Below are positions 1-8,569 of a stretch of DNA of 64,000 nt, piece by piece (the stretch's first letter is position 1; the number at the start of each line of letters is the position of its first letter). The position numbers and the translations under genes are program-made. The stretch comes from an uncultured Prevotellaceae bacterium. Lineage in GTDB: Bacteria > Bacteroidota > Bacteroidia > Bacteroidales > Bacteroidaceae. Under the pieces are notes generated by a model that saw nothing but the letters and a program-made list of their open reading frames with translations, did no database searches and was not told the DNA's origin. The DNA lies in contig ONYA01000005.1 of assembly GCA_900321965.1 (NCBI GenBank), forward strand, positions 7,923-71,922. Reading direction: 5' to 3'.

Positions 1-1
1 C

Positions 2-2140
2 GTGGAGCGCCACTATGAGAACGTGACCTACACACAGGATAAGATAGAAGAATACCTGGAGCGCGTGCTGCAGTTAGAGGCCGTGGCCTGCAAGGACTGG
101 CTCACCAACAAGGTAGACCGCTCGGTGACAGGTAAGATAGCCCGCCAGCAGTGTCAGGGTGAGATCCAACTGCCACTTTCAGACTGTGGCGTCGTTGCCC
201 TCGACTACCGCGGTGAGAAAGGTATCGCCACAGCCCTTGGCCATGCGCCGCAGGCCGGACTGGCAGACCCTGCTGCAGGCAGTGTACTCTCCGTGGCAGA
301 AGCCCTGACGAACATCGTCTGGGCACCGCTTGCCGACGGTATGGACTCACTGAGTCTGAGTGCTAACTGGATGTGGCCTTGCCGCTCGCAGGAGGGTGAG
401 GACGCCCGTCTTTATGAAGGTGTGAAGGCGCTGAGCGACTTCTGCTGCGAGCTGCATATCAACGTGCCTACGGGTAAGGACTCGCTGTCGCTCAGTCAGC
501 AGTACCCCAACGGCGAGAAGATCATCTCCCCGGGAACGGTCATCGTCAGTGCCGGCGGTGAGGTGAGCGATGTGAAGAAGGTGGTCAGCCCCGTCTTGGT
601 AAACGACAAGAACGCTTCACTCTATCATATCGACTTCAGCTTCGACGAGCAGCGTCTTGGCGGATCGGCCTTCGCCCAGAGCTTAGGCAAGGTGGGCGAC
701 GACGTGCCCACGGTGAAGAACGCCGAATACTTCGCCGACGCTTTCATGGCCGTACAGCAGATGATAGAGAAAGGCTGGATCATGGCCGGCCATGACATCT
801 CTGCCGGCGGTCTGATTACGACGCTGCTGGAAATGTGCTTTGCCAATACGAAGGGCGGCATGCATATCAATCTGCATGACATCATAGCCTCCCCCGACCC
901 CTCCGAAGGAGGGGAGCCTGACATTGTCAAGGCGCTGTTTGCCGAGAACCCCGGCGTTGTCATCGAGGTGAGCGACGAGCATAAGCAGGAGTTCAAGGAC
1001 TTTATGGAGGAGCAGGGTGTAGGATTCGCCAAGATTGGCTATCCCGTAGAGGACAGTAGGGAGATTGTGGTGGTTTGCGGAAACGGGGAAACCGATTCCC
1101 ACTCGTTTGACATTGATGCCCTCCGCGACACGTGGTACAAAACATCATATCTCCTTGACCGCAAGCAGAGCTTCAACGGTAAGGCTGCTGAGCGCTTCGC
1201 CAACTATAAGAAACAGCCTGTCGAGATGCAGTTCAATAAGGACTTCAAGGGCACGCTTGCCCAGTATGGCATCTCTGCCGACCGTCGTGAGAAGTCAGGC
1301 ATCAAGGCTGCCATCATCCGCGAGAAGGGCACCAACGGTGAGCGCGAGATGGCCTACAGCCTCTACCTGGCCGGCTTCGACGTGAAGGACGTGATGATGA
1401 CTGACCTGATCAGTGGCCGCGAGACGTTGGAGGAGGTAAACCTCATCGTGTTCTGCGGTGGTTTCTCCAACTCCGACGTCCTCGGTTCGGCCAAGGGCTG
1501 GGCAGGTGCCTTCCTCTTCAACCCGAAGGCCAAGGAGGCGCTTGACAAGTTCTATGCACGTAAGGACACCCTATCGTTGGGTATTTGCAACGGCTGTCAG
1601 CTGATGGTGGAGTTGGGATTAACTGAGAGTTCAGAACTGAGAACTGAGAGGTACGGTTACTCTCAGGGCGACAATTCTAATCATACCTCTCAGGTCTCAC
1701 CTCTCAAATCTCAATTAAAAACAAAGATGCTGCACAACGACTCGCATAAGTTTGAGAGTGAGTTCATCAGCCTGAGCATTCCCCAGAACAACAGCGTGAT
1801 GTTCGGTTCGCTCAGTGGTACGAAGCTCGGTCTGTGGGTGGCCCACGGCGAGGGTAAATTCTCGCTGCCGGAAGCAGAGAGCACGTATAACGTCATTGCG
1901 AAATACAACTACCACGGCTATCCCGCCAACCCCAACGGTTCTGACTACGATGTTGCCGGCATCTGCTCTGCGGACGGTCGCCATCTGTGTATGATGCCAC
2001 ACCTGGAGCGTGCCATCTTCCCCTGGCAGAACGCCTGGTACCCTGCCGACCGTCGTCAGGACGAGGTGACACCGTGGATAGAGGCATTCGTGAATGCGCG
2101 TAAGTGGATAGAAAGGACCCTCCCCTCACCCTCCCTGTAA
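2..2140 (+). CDS. purL: Phosphoribosylformylglycinamidine synthase, large single-chain PurL (5'-truncated by window edge)
   Basis: Motifs DWLTNKVDRSVTG, PTGKDSLS and HDISAGGL, plus glutaminase-domain GGFSNSDVLG, GICNGCQL, VAHGEG and MMPHLER. The ORF begins at the window edge. Confidence 0.97.
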   Translation: MERHYENVTYTQDKIEEYLERVLQLEAVACKDWLTNKVDRSVTGKIARQQCQGEIQLPLSDCGVVALDYRGEKGIATALGHAPQAGLADPAAGSVLSVAEALTNIVWAPLADGMDSLSLSANWMWPCRSQEGEDARLYEGVKALSDFCCELHINVPTGKDSLSLSQQYPNGEKIISPGTVIVSAGGEVSDVKKVVSPVLVNDKNASLYHIDFSFDEQRLGGSAFAQSLGKVGDDVPTVKNAEYFADAFMAVQQMIEKGWIMAGHDISAGGLITTLLEMCFANTKGGMHINLHDIIASPDPSEGGEPDIVKALFAENPGVVIEVSDEHKQEFKDFMEEQGVGFAKIGYPVEDSREIVVVCGNGETDSHSFDIDALRDTWYKTSYLLDRKQSFNGKAAERFANYKKQPVEMQFNKDFKGTLAQYGISADRREKSGIKAAIIREKGTNGEREMAYSLYLAGFDVKDVMMTDLISGRETLEEVNLIVFCGGFSNSDVLGSAKGWAGAFLFNPKAKEALDKFYARKDTLSLGICNGCQLMVELGLTESSELRTERYGYSQGDNSNHTSQVSPLKSQLKTKMLHNDSHKFESEFISLSIPQNNSVMFGSLSGTKLGLWVAHGEGKFSLPEAESTYNVIAKYNYHGYPANPNGSDYDVAGICSADGRHLCMMPHLERAIFPWQNAWYPADRRQDEVTPWIEAFVNARKWIERTLPSPSL
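886..916. repeat. CCCCTCC-GAA-GGAGGGG hairpin element, in-frame inside purL
   Basis: Perfect 7-bp stem at 898-914 preceded by a C-rich leader. Translates as ASPDPSEGGE. Confidence 0.75.
1621..1716. repeat. Inverted pair of heptamer (ACTGAGA-like) tandem arrays, 96 bp, in-frame inside purL
   Basis: Arm 1621-1653 (aactgag agttcag aactgag aactgag aggta) is an imperfect inverted repeat of arm 1684-1716 (tacct ctcaggt ctcacct ctcaaat ctcaatt). Confidence 0.75.
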
Positions 2141-2241
2141 GGGAGGGAGTAATTACCTCCATGAACAATGAGCATAAATGACAACAACCCCACTGAAGTA
2201 ACCACTCCCCTCCCTCACAGGGAGGGGCAAGGGGGTGGGTC
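2116..2241. repeat. Inverted doublet of CCCTCCC/GGGAGGG hairpin elements spanning the purL end and the chromate transporter start
   Basis: Hairpins at 2129-2147 (CCCTCCCT-GTA-AGGGAGGG) and 2207-2227 (CCCCTCCCT-CAC-AGGGAGGGG). Segments 2116-2150 and 2204-2241 are near reverse complements. Confidence 0.85.
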
Positions 2242-2836
2242 TCTCTTCACCACCTTCTTTAAGATTGGCATATTCACCCTCGGAGGTGGATATGCCATGA
2301 TTCCTTTGATAGAAGAGGAAGTCGTGAACCGCCACCAATGGGTCAAGAAGGAAGAGATGCTCGACCTCATCGCCATCGCACAGAGCTGTCCGGGCGTCTT
2401 TGCCATCAACATTGCCATCTTCATAGGCTATAAGCTGAAGCAAACGAAAGGAGCTTTGGCCGCGACCGTCGGCACTGCCCTACCCTCCTTCCTCATCATT
2501 CTGGCCATCGCCATTTTCTTCAGTGCCTTCAAGGAGAACCGCATCGTGGCGGCCATGTTCCGCGGCATCCGTCCGGCGGTAGTGGCACTTATTGCCGTAC
2601 CGACGTTCAACTTAGGCAAACGAGCCCAGCTGAACCGCTACACGATTTGGATTCCCATCGTCAGCGCACTGGCCATCTGGGCACTTGGTGTTTCACCTAT
2701 TTATATTATAGTGATAGCTGGTATTGGTGGTTATCTTTACGGAAAGGTAGCCCTCCCTTCGTCCCCCGAGGGGGACACAAATGTCCTACAATGTAATGAA
2801 GCCCCCTCGGGGGCAGTAGGGGGGGCTGAGTCATGA
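2168..2836 (+). CDS. chrA: Short-chain chromate transporter (CHR family), first of pair
   Basis: FFKIGIFTLGGGYAM and AQSCPG motifs with hydrophobic helices. Both termini are extended by repeat-derived sequence. Confidence 0.9.
   Translation: MSINDNNPTEVTTPLPHREGQGGGSLFTTFFKIGIFTLGGGYAMIPLIEEEVVNRHQWVKKEEMLDLIAIAQSCPGVFAINIAIFIGYKLKQTKGALAATVGTALPSFLIILAIAIFFSAFKENRIVAAMFRGIRPAVVALIAVPTFNLGKRAQLNRYTIWIPIVSALAIWALGVSPIYIIVIAGIGGYLYGKVALPSSPEGDTNVLQCNEAPSGAVGGAES
2749..2827. repeat. Inverted doublet of CCCCCGAGGGGG hairpin elements encoding the transporter C-terminal tail
   Basis: Hairpins at 2761-2776 and 2801-2814. Segments 2749-2776 and 2801-2827 are near reverse complements. Confidence 0.8.
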
Positions 2837-3408
2837 TTTTCCTCGACCTGTTTATCACGTTCTTCAAGATAGGGCTGTTCGGCTTCGGCGGCGGCTATGG
2901 TATGCTGTCGCTCATCCAGCATGAGACAGTGGAGCGCGCCCATTGGCTGTCGACGGCAGAGTTCACGGATATCGTCGCCATCTCGCAGATGACCCCTGGT
3001 CCCATCGGCATCAACTCAGCCACCTACTGCGGCTACACAGCCATCCATAACGCTGGCTACGGCCATCTGATGTCTGTCCTCGGCTCGTTCACATCAACGG
3101 TCGCCCTGGTGTTGCCCTCGCTGATTCTGATGATACTCATCAGCAAGCTGTTCATCAAATATATGAAGACGCGTTCTGTGCAGTCGGTGTTTGCTGGACT
3201 GCGTCCTGCCGTCGTCGGACTGTTAGCCGCAGCGACCCTCCTGCTCTGCAACAAGGAGAACTTCTCTACGCCAACAGAGAACCTGTGGCAGTTCGGCATC
3301 AGCTGTGCCCTTTTTGCTGCCACAGCCTTCGGTACAGGCTACCTGAAGATTAACCCCATCCGCATGATCTGCTACGCCGCCTTTGCGGGTCTGCTGCTCC
3401 TCTACTAA
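2833..3408 (+). CDS. chrA: Short-chain chromate transporter (CHR family), second of pair
   Basis: FFKIGLFGFGGGYGM and SQMTPGPI motifs. ATGA overlap with the upstream gene. Confidence 0.92.
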   Translation: MIFLDLFITFFKIGLFGFGGGYGMLSLIQHETVERAHWLSTAEFTDIVAISQMTPGPIGINSATYCGYTAIHNAGYGHLMSVLGSFTSTVALVLPSLILMILISKLFIKYMKTRSVQSVFAGLRPAVVGLLAAATLLLCNKENFSTPTENLWQFGISCALFAATAFGTGYLKINPIRMICYAAFAGLLLLY

Positions 3409-3410
3409 AC

Positions 3411-3448
3411 GATAGCGTGGTCAGCTCTGTCGGGCTGACCACGCTATC
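3411..3448. terminator. Probable bidirectional terminator hairpin
   Basis: 15-bp perfect inverted repeat GATAGCGTGGTCAGC / GCTGACCACGCTATC between convergent genes. Confidence 0.8.
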
Positions 3449-3469
3449 ATAATAGATTGACGATACCGT

Positions 3470-5278
3470 TTAATAACCTATCTTGCCATTCCACTGGAGA
3501 TACCAGTTGCGGCGGTCTGTCAGGTCCTTGCGGATCACCGCACGCATAGCATCGCTTTTATCACGTCCGCGACGGGCGTAGACGTAGGTAGCCAGCGTCT
3601 GGCCAGGATCAGACTGACGCATGGCATAGCGCATCAAGTCGTAATAGCGTGTGCCCTCGAAAGCCAGCTCCAAGGCCCCCTCGTTGAGAATGAGGCTGTC
3701 GACGTAAGTCTGGAAGCGAGGTGTCTGCTCTGCCTCGGTCTTCGTCGTGTCGACAGGCAGCTGGTAGTACTCGTTCATAGGCGTCCAGCCAGAGCCACGG
3801 CTATGGATGCCCAGCGTATTGATGGTACCCGTCGTGCGGTTGTTAACCAAATTCTCGACGGTGAAGATGCCATAGCGTGACGTGGGGAAGTCAAACTGGC
3901 TGATGAAGACGGAGTCGCTCTGCGAGTAATAGGGGTAAACCTGCGTCTTGATGCTGTCGTTGTTCAGGCCCTGCGAGAGAATCTGGAACGCCATACGGGG
4001 ATAGCCCGCCATGTTGAGTGCCTCAGCCATACGCAAGTAGACCATCTGCCGGCGATAGATGCGCACGTTACGCGTAGAATACTTGTTGATTATCTGAGCC
4101 TCAATGCGGTTACCCGACATAGGATCAATAGCATAGCCCTCTCTGTAATTGTTGAACAGGCGGAGGTCGCCCGAACGGTGCAGTGTCAGTCCTTGCGGTG
4201 CATAGTAAGCAGAGCTACCCGTACGGCTGACGCAGCAGTGAACCTGTGCATCCGAGATGTCGAACATAGCCTGTGAGGGTGTTGCGCTGAAACGGTAGTT
4301 GTTCTCATCGCGCGAATTGAAGATGTTACGCAGTTCGCTGTAGTTTCCCTCAGCACGGATAGAGTCGCCAGGAATCAGCGTGATCACCTCAGCATCCGCA
4401 GAATAGGCTTCAGGGAAGTTTGAGACACTACCCCAGCTGCGCAGCTCCGTCCATGACGAACTGCCCGGATTCCAGGTCATCAGGGTGACGCCAAGAGGAT
4501 AAGCAGAATTCTGGCCGTTGCGTTCAGAGATATACTTATAGTAGCGGAGTGCCGACTCGCGATAGTTCATCGTATTGCCCGTTGCCGAGGCGAGCCAGAG
4601 GTTCAGGTCGCCGAGGACGATGTTGATGGGGAACCAGAAAAAGCGCGAGTCAGTGTTACGGATGGAGCCATAGCCAGGATAATCGTTGCCGTAACGCTCG
4701 GCCAGCGGCTGCAGGTCGCTGATGAGATACTGGCAGACGGCCTGCAGGTCGTAAGACGGATATTCGGCCTCAGACTCCTGCTTGGTGAGGATTGGCGTCG
4801 TCACAAAAGGTACGCGGCCGTAGTTCAGCACCAGCTGCAGGTAGGTCCAGGCACGTATAGCCTTGACAGCCGCATACTCCTTCATGAAGATATACTCGTT
4901 GCGGTTGTTCTTCATAGCCGTGTCGGCGTGGGCGATGAAATAGTTACAGTTGTTGATGACAGCATAGTAGTCGCGCGGGCTGTTATACTTATTGTCATCA
5001 CCAATGTTGAAGTTGGCTACGTCGCGCAGGTCACTGGCAGCCTCGTTGGTGACATCGGTCAGGTCGCCACGGAGTTCGCCAAGCAGGATGGTGCGGTCGG
5101 CCAGCACCTGCAGTTTGTTGAGGATGCCAGTGACGCTGTAGATGGTGTCGGTGGCATTGTTAAGATGATCGGTGTCGGCGAAGATGACGTGCTCGGAGTC
5201 CTGGTCGAAGAAATCGGCACAGGAGGCGAGACCGCAGACAACGCAGATAGCAGTTGCAAATATTTTGAGACGTTTCAT
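3470..5278 (-). CDS. SusD/RagB-family outer-membrane lipoprotein
   Basis: Lipobox LASC, YYAVINNCN, YLRMAEALN and ELAFEGTRYYDLMR. Lies directly downstream of a SusC. Confidence 0.92.
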   Translation of the reverse strand: MKRLKIFATAICVVCGLASCADFFDQDSEHVIFADTDHLNNATDTIYSVTGILNKLQVLADRTILLGELRGDLTDVTNEAASDLRDVANFNIGDDNKYNSPRDYYAVINNCNYFIAHADTAMKNNRNEYIFMKEYAAVKAIRAWTYLQLVLNYGRVPFVTTPILTKQESEAEYPSYDLQAVCQYLISDLQPLAERYGNDYPGYGSIRNTDSRFFWFPINIVLGDLNLWLASATGNTMNYRESALRYYKYISERNGQNSAYPLGVTLMTWNPGSSSWTELRSWGSVSNFPEAYSADAEVITLIPGDSIRAEGNYSELRNIFNSRDENNYRFSATPSQAMFDISDAQVHCCVSRTGSSAYYAPQGLTLHRSGDLRLFNNYREGYAIDPMSGNRIEAQIINKYSTRNVRIYRRQMVYLRMAEALNMAGYPRMAFQILSQGLNNDSIKTQVYPYYSQSDSVFISQFDFPTSRYGIFTVENLVNNRTTGTINTLGIHSRGSGWTPMNEYYQLPVDTTKTEAEQTPRFQTYVDSLILNEGALELAFEGTRYYDLMRYAMRQSDPGQTLATYVYARRGRDKSDAMRAVIRKDLTDRRNWYLQWNGKIGY

Positions 5279-5290
5279 AATCTTGAAGTA

Positions 5291-8200
5291 TTAGAGGTTG
5301 ATTTTAATTCCTGCTACGAAGGAGCGGCTCTGCGAGAGCTGTCCCACATCGATGCCCTGTCCGATGACGCTGCTGGTCATAGAGAACTCGGGATCGGTAC
5401 CCAGATAGCGCGTCAGTGTGAAGACGTTATTAGCCTGCACCCAGAACTGCAGTCCCTGAAGGAACTCTGAGGTCACGGGCAGGTCGTAGCTCAACGTGAC
5501 GGACTTCAGACGGAGGTAGGAGCCGTCCTCTATCCAGCGGTCGCTGAAACGTGCGTTGCCCATAGGATCCTGGAATGACAGCTGCGGAATGTCGGTCTGC
5601 TGTCCCTCCACCTGCCAACGGCGGTTCAGTGCCGTTGTCTGGTTCATGAAGCGCGAACCGCTCTCAAGCTGCATACGCTGGTAGTTGAACACATCGTTGC
5701 CCAGCGAGTAGTTGAAGCGCAGGTCGAGTTTCAGCCGCTTGTAGGCTGCGGTGGTGAAGATATTACCATAGATGTCGGGGTTGGGGTCGCCGATGACGAT
5801 GCGGTCAGCCTCCGTAATCTGGTTGTCGCCATTGATATCGGCGAAGTGCATGTCGCCAGCCTTGAAGTAGTTCTTGTCGACACCGTTATCGGCCAGCATA
5901 TAGAGTCCTGCGGCCTCTGCCTCGGCAGCGGTAGCGAAGACGCCCAACGTCTTGTAGCCATAGAAGAGGTTGGCAGCCTGACCGACCTGCGTGCGGATGG
6001 TAGCGCCGTAGACCTTGTTGTCGATAAACTGTGCGCCCTCGGGCAGTTCAGTAATCTTGTTCTTGTAATGGCCCATGCTGGCGCCCACCTGCCACTGGAA
6101 ATCCTTCATGGCAAGCACCTTGACGTTAGCAGTGACATCGAAGCCTTCGTTCTTCAGCTGACCGCCGTTAGAGAAGTTCTGGTTCAGACCGCTGAGGAAG
6201 CCTAACGACTGACGCGTCAGCAGGTTGTCGGTGGTAGAGCGGAAATAGTTGAAGCTGACGCCCAAGCGGTTGTCCAGCAGGTTAGCCTCCAAGCCTACAT
6301 TGAAGCGGCGGGTAGTCTCCCACTGTATCTCGGTATTGCCAATCTCGGCCAACGACAGTCCGGCGATGGAGTGCAGGAACTGTGAAGACCTGAAATAGCT
6401 GCGGGCAGCATAGTAGTCGATATCGTCGTTACCGCTGACATCGAAGCCAGCCGTCAGACGCAGGTAGCTGATAGACTTGAGTCCTGACAGCCACGGCTCG
6501 TTGCTGAGCACCCACGAAGCCTGCACGCCGGGGAAGAGTCCCCAGGCCACGTCGAAGAGGCGGAGATTGCCACCTTCGCGTCCAAAGCGCGAAGAACTTT
6601 CTGCCGTCAGGTTGGCCTGCAGGAAGTAGCGGCCCAGATAGTTGTACTCAGCCTGTGCATACCAGGCCAGTGAGTTCCAACTGTCACTGATGCCTACATC
6701 GCTGGTATTACTGAGACTGGAACTCATAAACGGCGTTTTGTCATTACCGGTGTTATAGCCCAGCTGCGAGGTCATCTTATAAGTTTCCCAGTTGATGCGT
6801 GCGCCGCCAAAGAGATGGATGTAGTGGGCATCGTAGCGGTGCTGCCAGTCGAGACGCGTGTCGCTCATCACAGAGTTCTGCTTGCCGGCCATAGAGCGCA
6901 CCTCATTATCCATGCCATTAATATCACCGATACTGCTGACATAGTACTTCGGGGTGCCGTTGATGGGGATGTAGAACATCTCGTTGGTGTTGACGAGGTT
7001 GTAGCTGAAGTGCTCGCTGAGGGCGAGGCTCTCGTTGAACTGGTACTTCGGCGTAATCGACAGATTCAGCATAGAGTTCTCGAAGCGGTTCTTGTTGGCG
7101 GCATCGGCATACTCGTTGATAGCGGCAGGGTTACCCAGTTGCCAGTTGTAGCCGGTATAGTTAGCCAGAGCCTCTGCGAGATAGGATTCCGGTTCGATGT
7201 CGTAGTGTGTACTACTGAACTGTCCACGGCCATAGCTATAGGGGCTGAGGAAAGGACTCTTGACGTATGCCAGGAAGCCAGGTGCCGTCGGTGTGCCCTC
7301 ATCATACGTCTCAGGCGCACCGTCATTACGGATATTGCGCGTGCTGTTGGCAAACGACGCGTCGAAGCGTATGCTGAAAGCCGGTGTCAGCGAGATGTCG
7401 GTATTGAAACGGATGTTCAGACGATCCATATCGTTGAATTTCAACGTGCTCTGCTGAGTGACATAGCCCACAGAGAGGTTGTAGCTGGCCACAGCGTCGC
7501 CACCCTCGACATTGATGCCGTAGTTCTGGGTCATGGCGGTGTGATAGACCAGGTCCTTCCAGTCGGTGTCCTGATGGTACTGGTTATAATAATAGTAGTT
7601 GGGATCCTCATTGAGGAAGCGGAAGGTACGGTTCGTGGTGTTTGTCGTCTTGAGCAACTCAGAGGCATAGCCACGATACTCGTCAGCATTCATCACCGAC
7701 ATGAACTTCGGCTTCAGCGTCACGCCGGCAGAGATGTTGGCCGTGATACGTGTGGCCATCGACTTGCAGCGGCGCGTCTCAATGAGGATGACGCCGTTGG
7801 CACCCTTGGCACCATAGAGGGCCGTACCGTTGCGCATGACGGTGACTTTCTCGATGTCGGCGGGGTTGATGGCCGACAGGATGTCGTTATAGAACCCCTC
7901 ATGAATCGTGGTGCGCCCATATTGCTGCTCAACGATGATGCCGTCGACAACCACCAAGGGCTGGGCGTTGATGTTCAGCGAGTTCAAGCCCTGAACGAAC
8001 ATGACGCTACCCACGCCCGGCGTACCGTTGCGGGTGATGGTGTACACCTGCGCGCCAAGCTGCTTCTGCACCTCGTCCTTGATATTCACGGAGTTGGTGT
8101 ACTGGAAGTCAGAGGCCGAATAGTCGCTGCGAACGTTCTGCTGACGGCTGTACTCGCCCGTGAAGGTTGTCGGATAGAGTATGATGTCGTGCTGGCTTTC

Positions 8201-8539
8201 GCCTTTCTGCAAGCCCACACGCACAGCGTTAAAGTCGGGCATGGAGACGAATACCGATGTGGTGAAGACGGGAACCTTCAGTTCGTAGGTACCGTCATCC
8301 TCTGTCAATACGGAGTAGCCTTCGATGTCGTCGGCAGCGATAATCGTACCAGCGACGGGCTGTCCCGTGGTAGCATTGAGCACACGACCACGGATGACAC
8401 GTGTAGGATACTGCTTCTGCTGTTTCTTGACGACACGGACGGCGGCTTCAGCCTCGTCTTCCGTATCATCGTCCTGCGCCATGACGCATACCGGGAAGGC
8501 CATCAGCAGTGTTAGTCCAAATAATATATATCTTTTCAT
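5291..8539 (-). CDS. SusC/RagA TonB-dependent transporter
   Basis: PLVVVDG, INPADIEKVTV..YGAKGANGVILIET, WETT and IEDGSYLRLK motifs, with a C-terminal beta-strand signature. Confidence 0.95.
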   Translation of the reverse strand: MKRYILFGLTLLMAFPVCVMAQDDDTEDEAEAAVRVVKKQQKQYPTRVIRGRVLNATTGQPVAGTIIAADDIEGYSVLTEDDGTYELKVPVFTTSVFVSMPDFNAVRVGLQKGESQHDIILYPTTFTGEYSRQQNVRSDYSASDFQYTNSVNIKDEVQKQLGAQVYTITRNGTPGVGSVMFVQGLNSLNINAQPLVVVDGIIVEQQYGRTTIHEGFYNDILSAINPADIEKVTVMRNGTALYGAKGANGVILIETRRCKSMATRITANISAGVTLKPKFMSVMNADEYRGYASELLKTTNTTNRTFRFLNEDPNYYYYNQYHQDTDWKDLVYHTAMTQNYGINVEGGDAVASYNLSVGYVTQQSTLKFNDMDRLNIRFNTDISLTPAFSIRFDASFANSTRNIRNDGAPETYDEGTPTAPGFLAYVKSPFLSPYSYGRGQFSSTHYDIEPESYLAEALANYTGYNWQLGNPAAINEYADAANKNRFENSMLNLSITPKYQFNESLALSEHFSYNLVNTNEMFYIPINGTPKYYVSSIGDINGMDNEVRSMAGKQNSVMSDTRLDWQHRYDAHYIHLFGGARINWETYKMTSQLGYNTGNDKTPFMSSSLSNTSDVGISDSWNSLAWYAQAEYNYLGRYFLQANLTAESSSRFGREGGNLRLFDVAWGLFPGVQASWVLSNEPWLSGLKSISYLRLTAGFDVSGNDDIDYYAARSYFRSSQFLHSIAGLSLAEIGNTEIQWETTRRFNVGLEANLLDNRLGVSFNYFRSTTDNLLTRQSLGFLSGLNQNFSNGGQLKNEGFDVTANVKVLAMKDFQWQVGASMGHYKNKITELPEGAQFIDNKVYGATIRTQVGQAANLFYGYKTLGVFATAAEAEAAGLYMLADNGVDKNYFKAGDMHFADINGDNQITEADRIVIGDPNPDIYGNIFTTAAYKRLKLDLRFNYSLGNDVFNYQRMQLESGSRFMNQTTALNRRWQVEGQQTDIPQLSFQDPMGNARFSDRWIEDGSYLRLKSVTLSYDLPVTSEFLQGLQFWVQANNVFTLTRYLGTDPEFSMTSSVIGQGIDVGQLSQSRSFVAGIKINL

Positions 8540-8569
8540 ATCAGTACATTTCTAAATACTTACAAAATA

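Noticed and set aside
1075-1105. Possible further palindromic insert in purL (GGGAA-ACCGA-TTCCC)
   Set aside because: The stem is only 5 bp and has no second copy, so it cannot be distinguished from chance without an alignment.
6815-8515. 566-aa plus-strand ORF and many other long antisense ORFs (e.g. 10992-12080, 28033-29214, 40977-42128, 43328-44377)
   Set aside because: They are shadows of well-supported genes on the opposite strand. Strong codon bias suppresses antisense stops, and they have no recognisable motifs.
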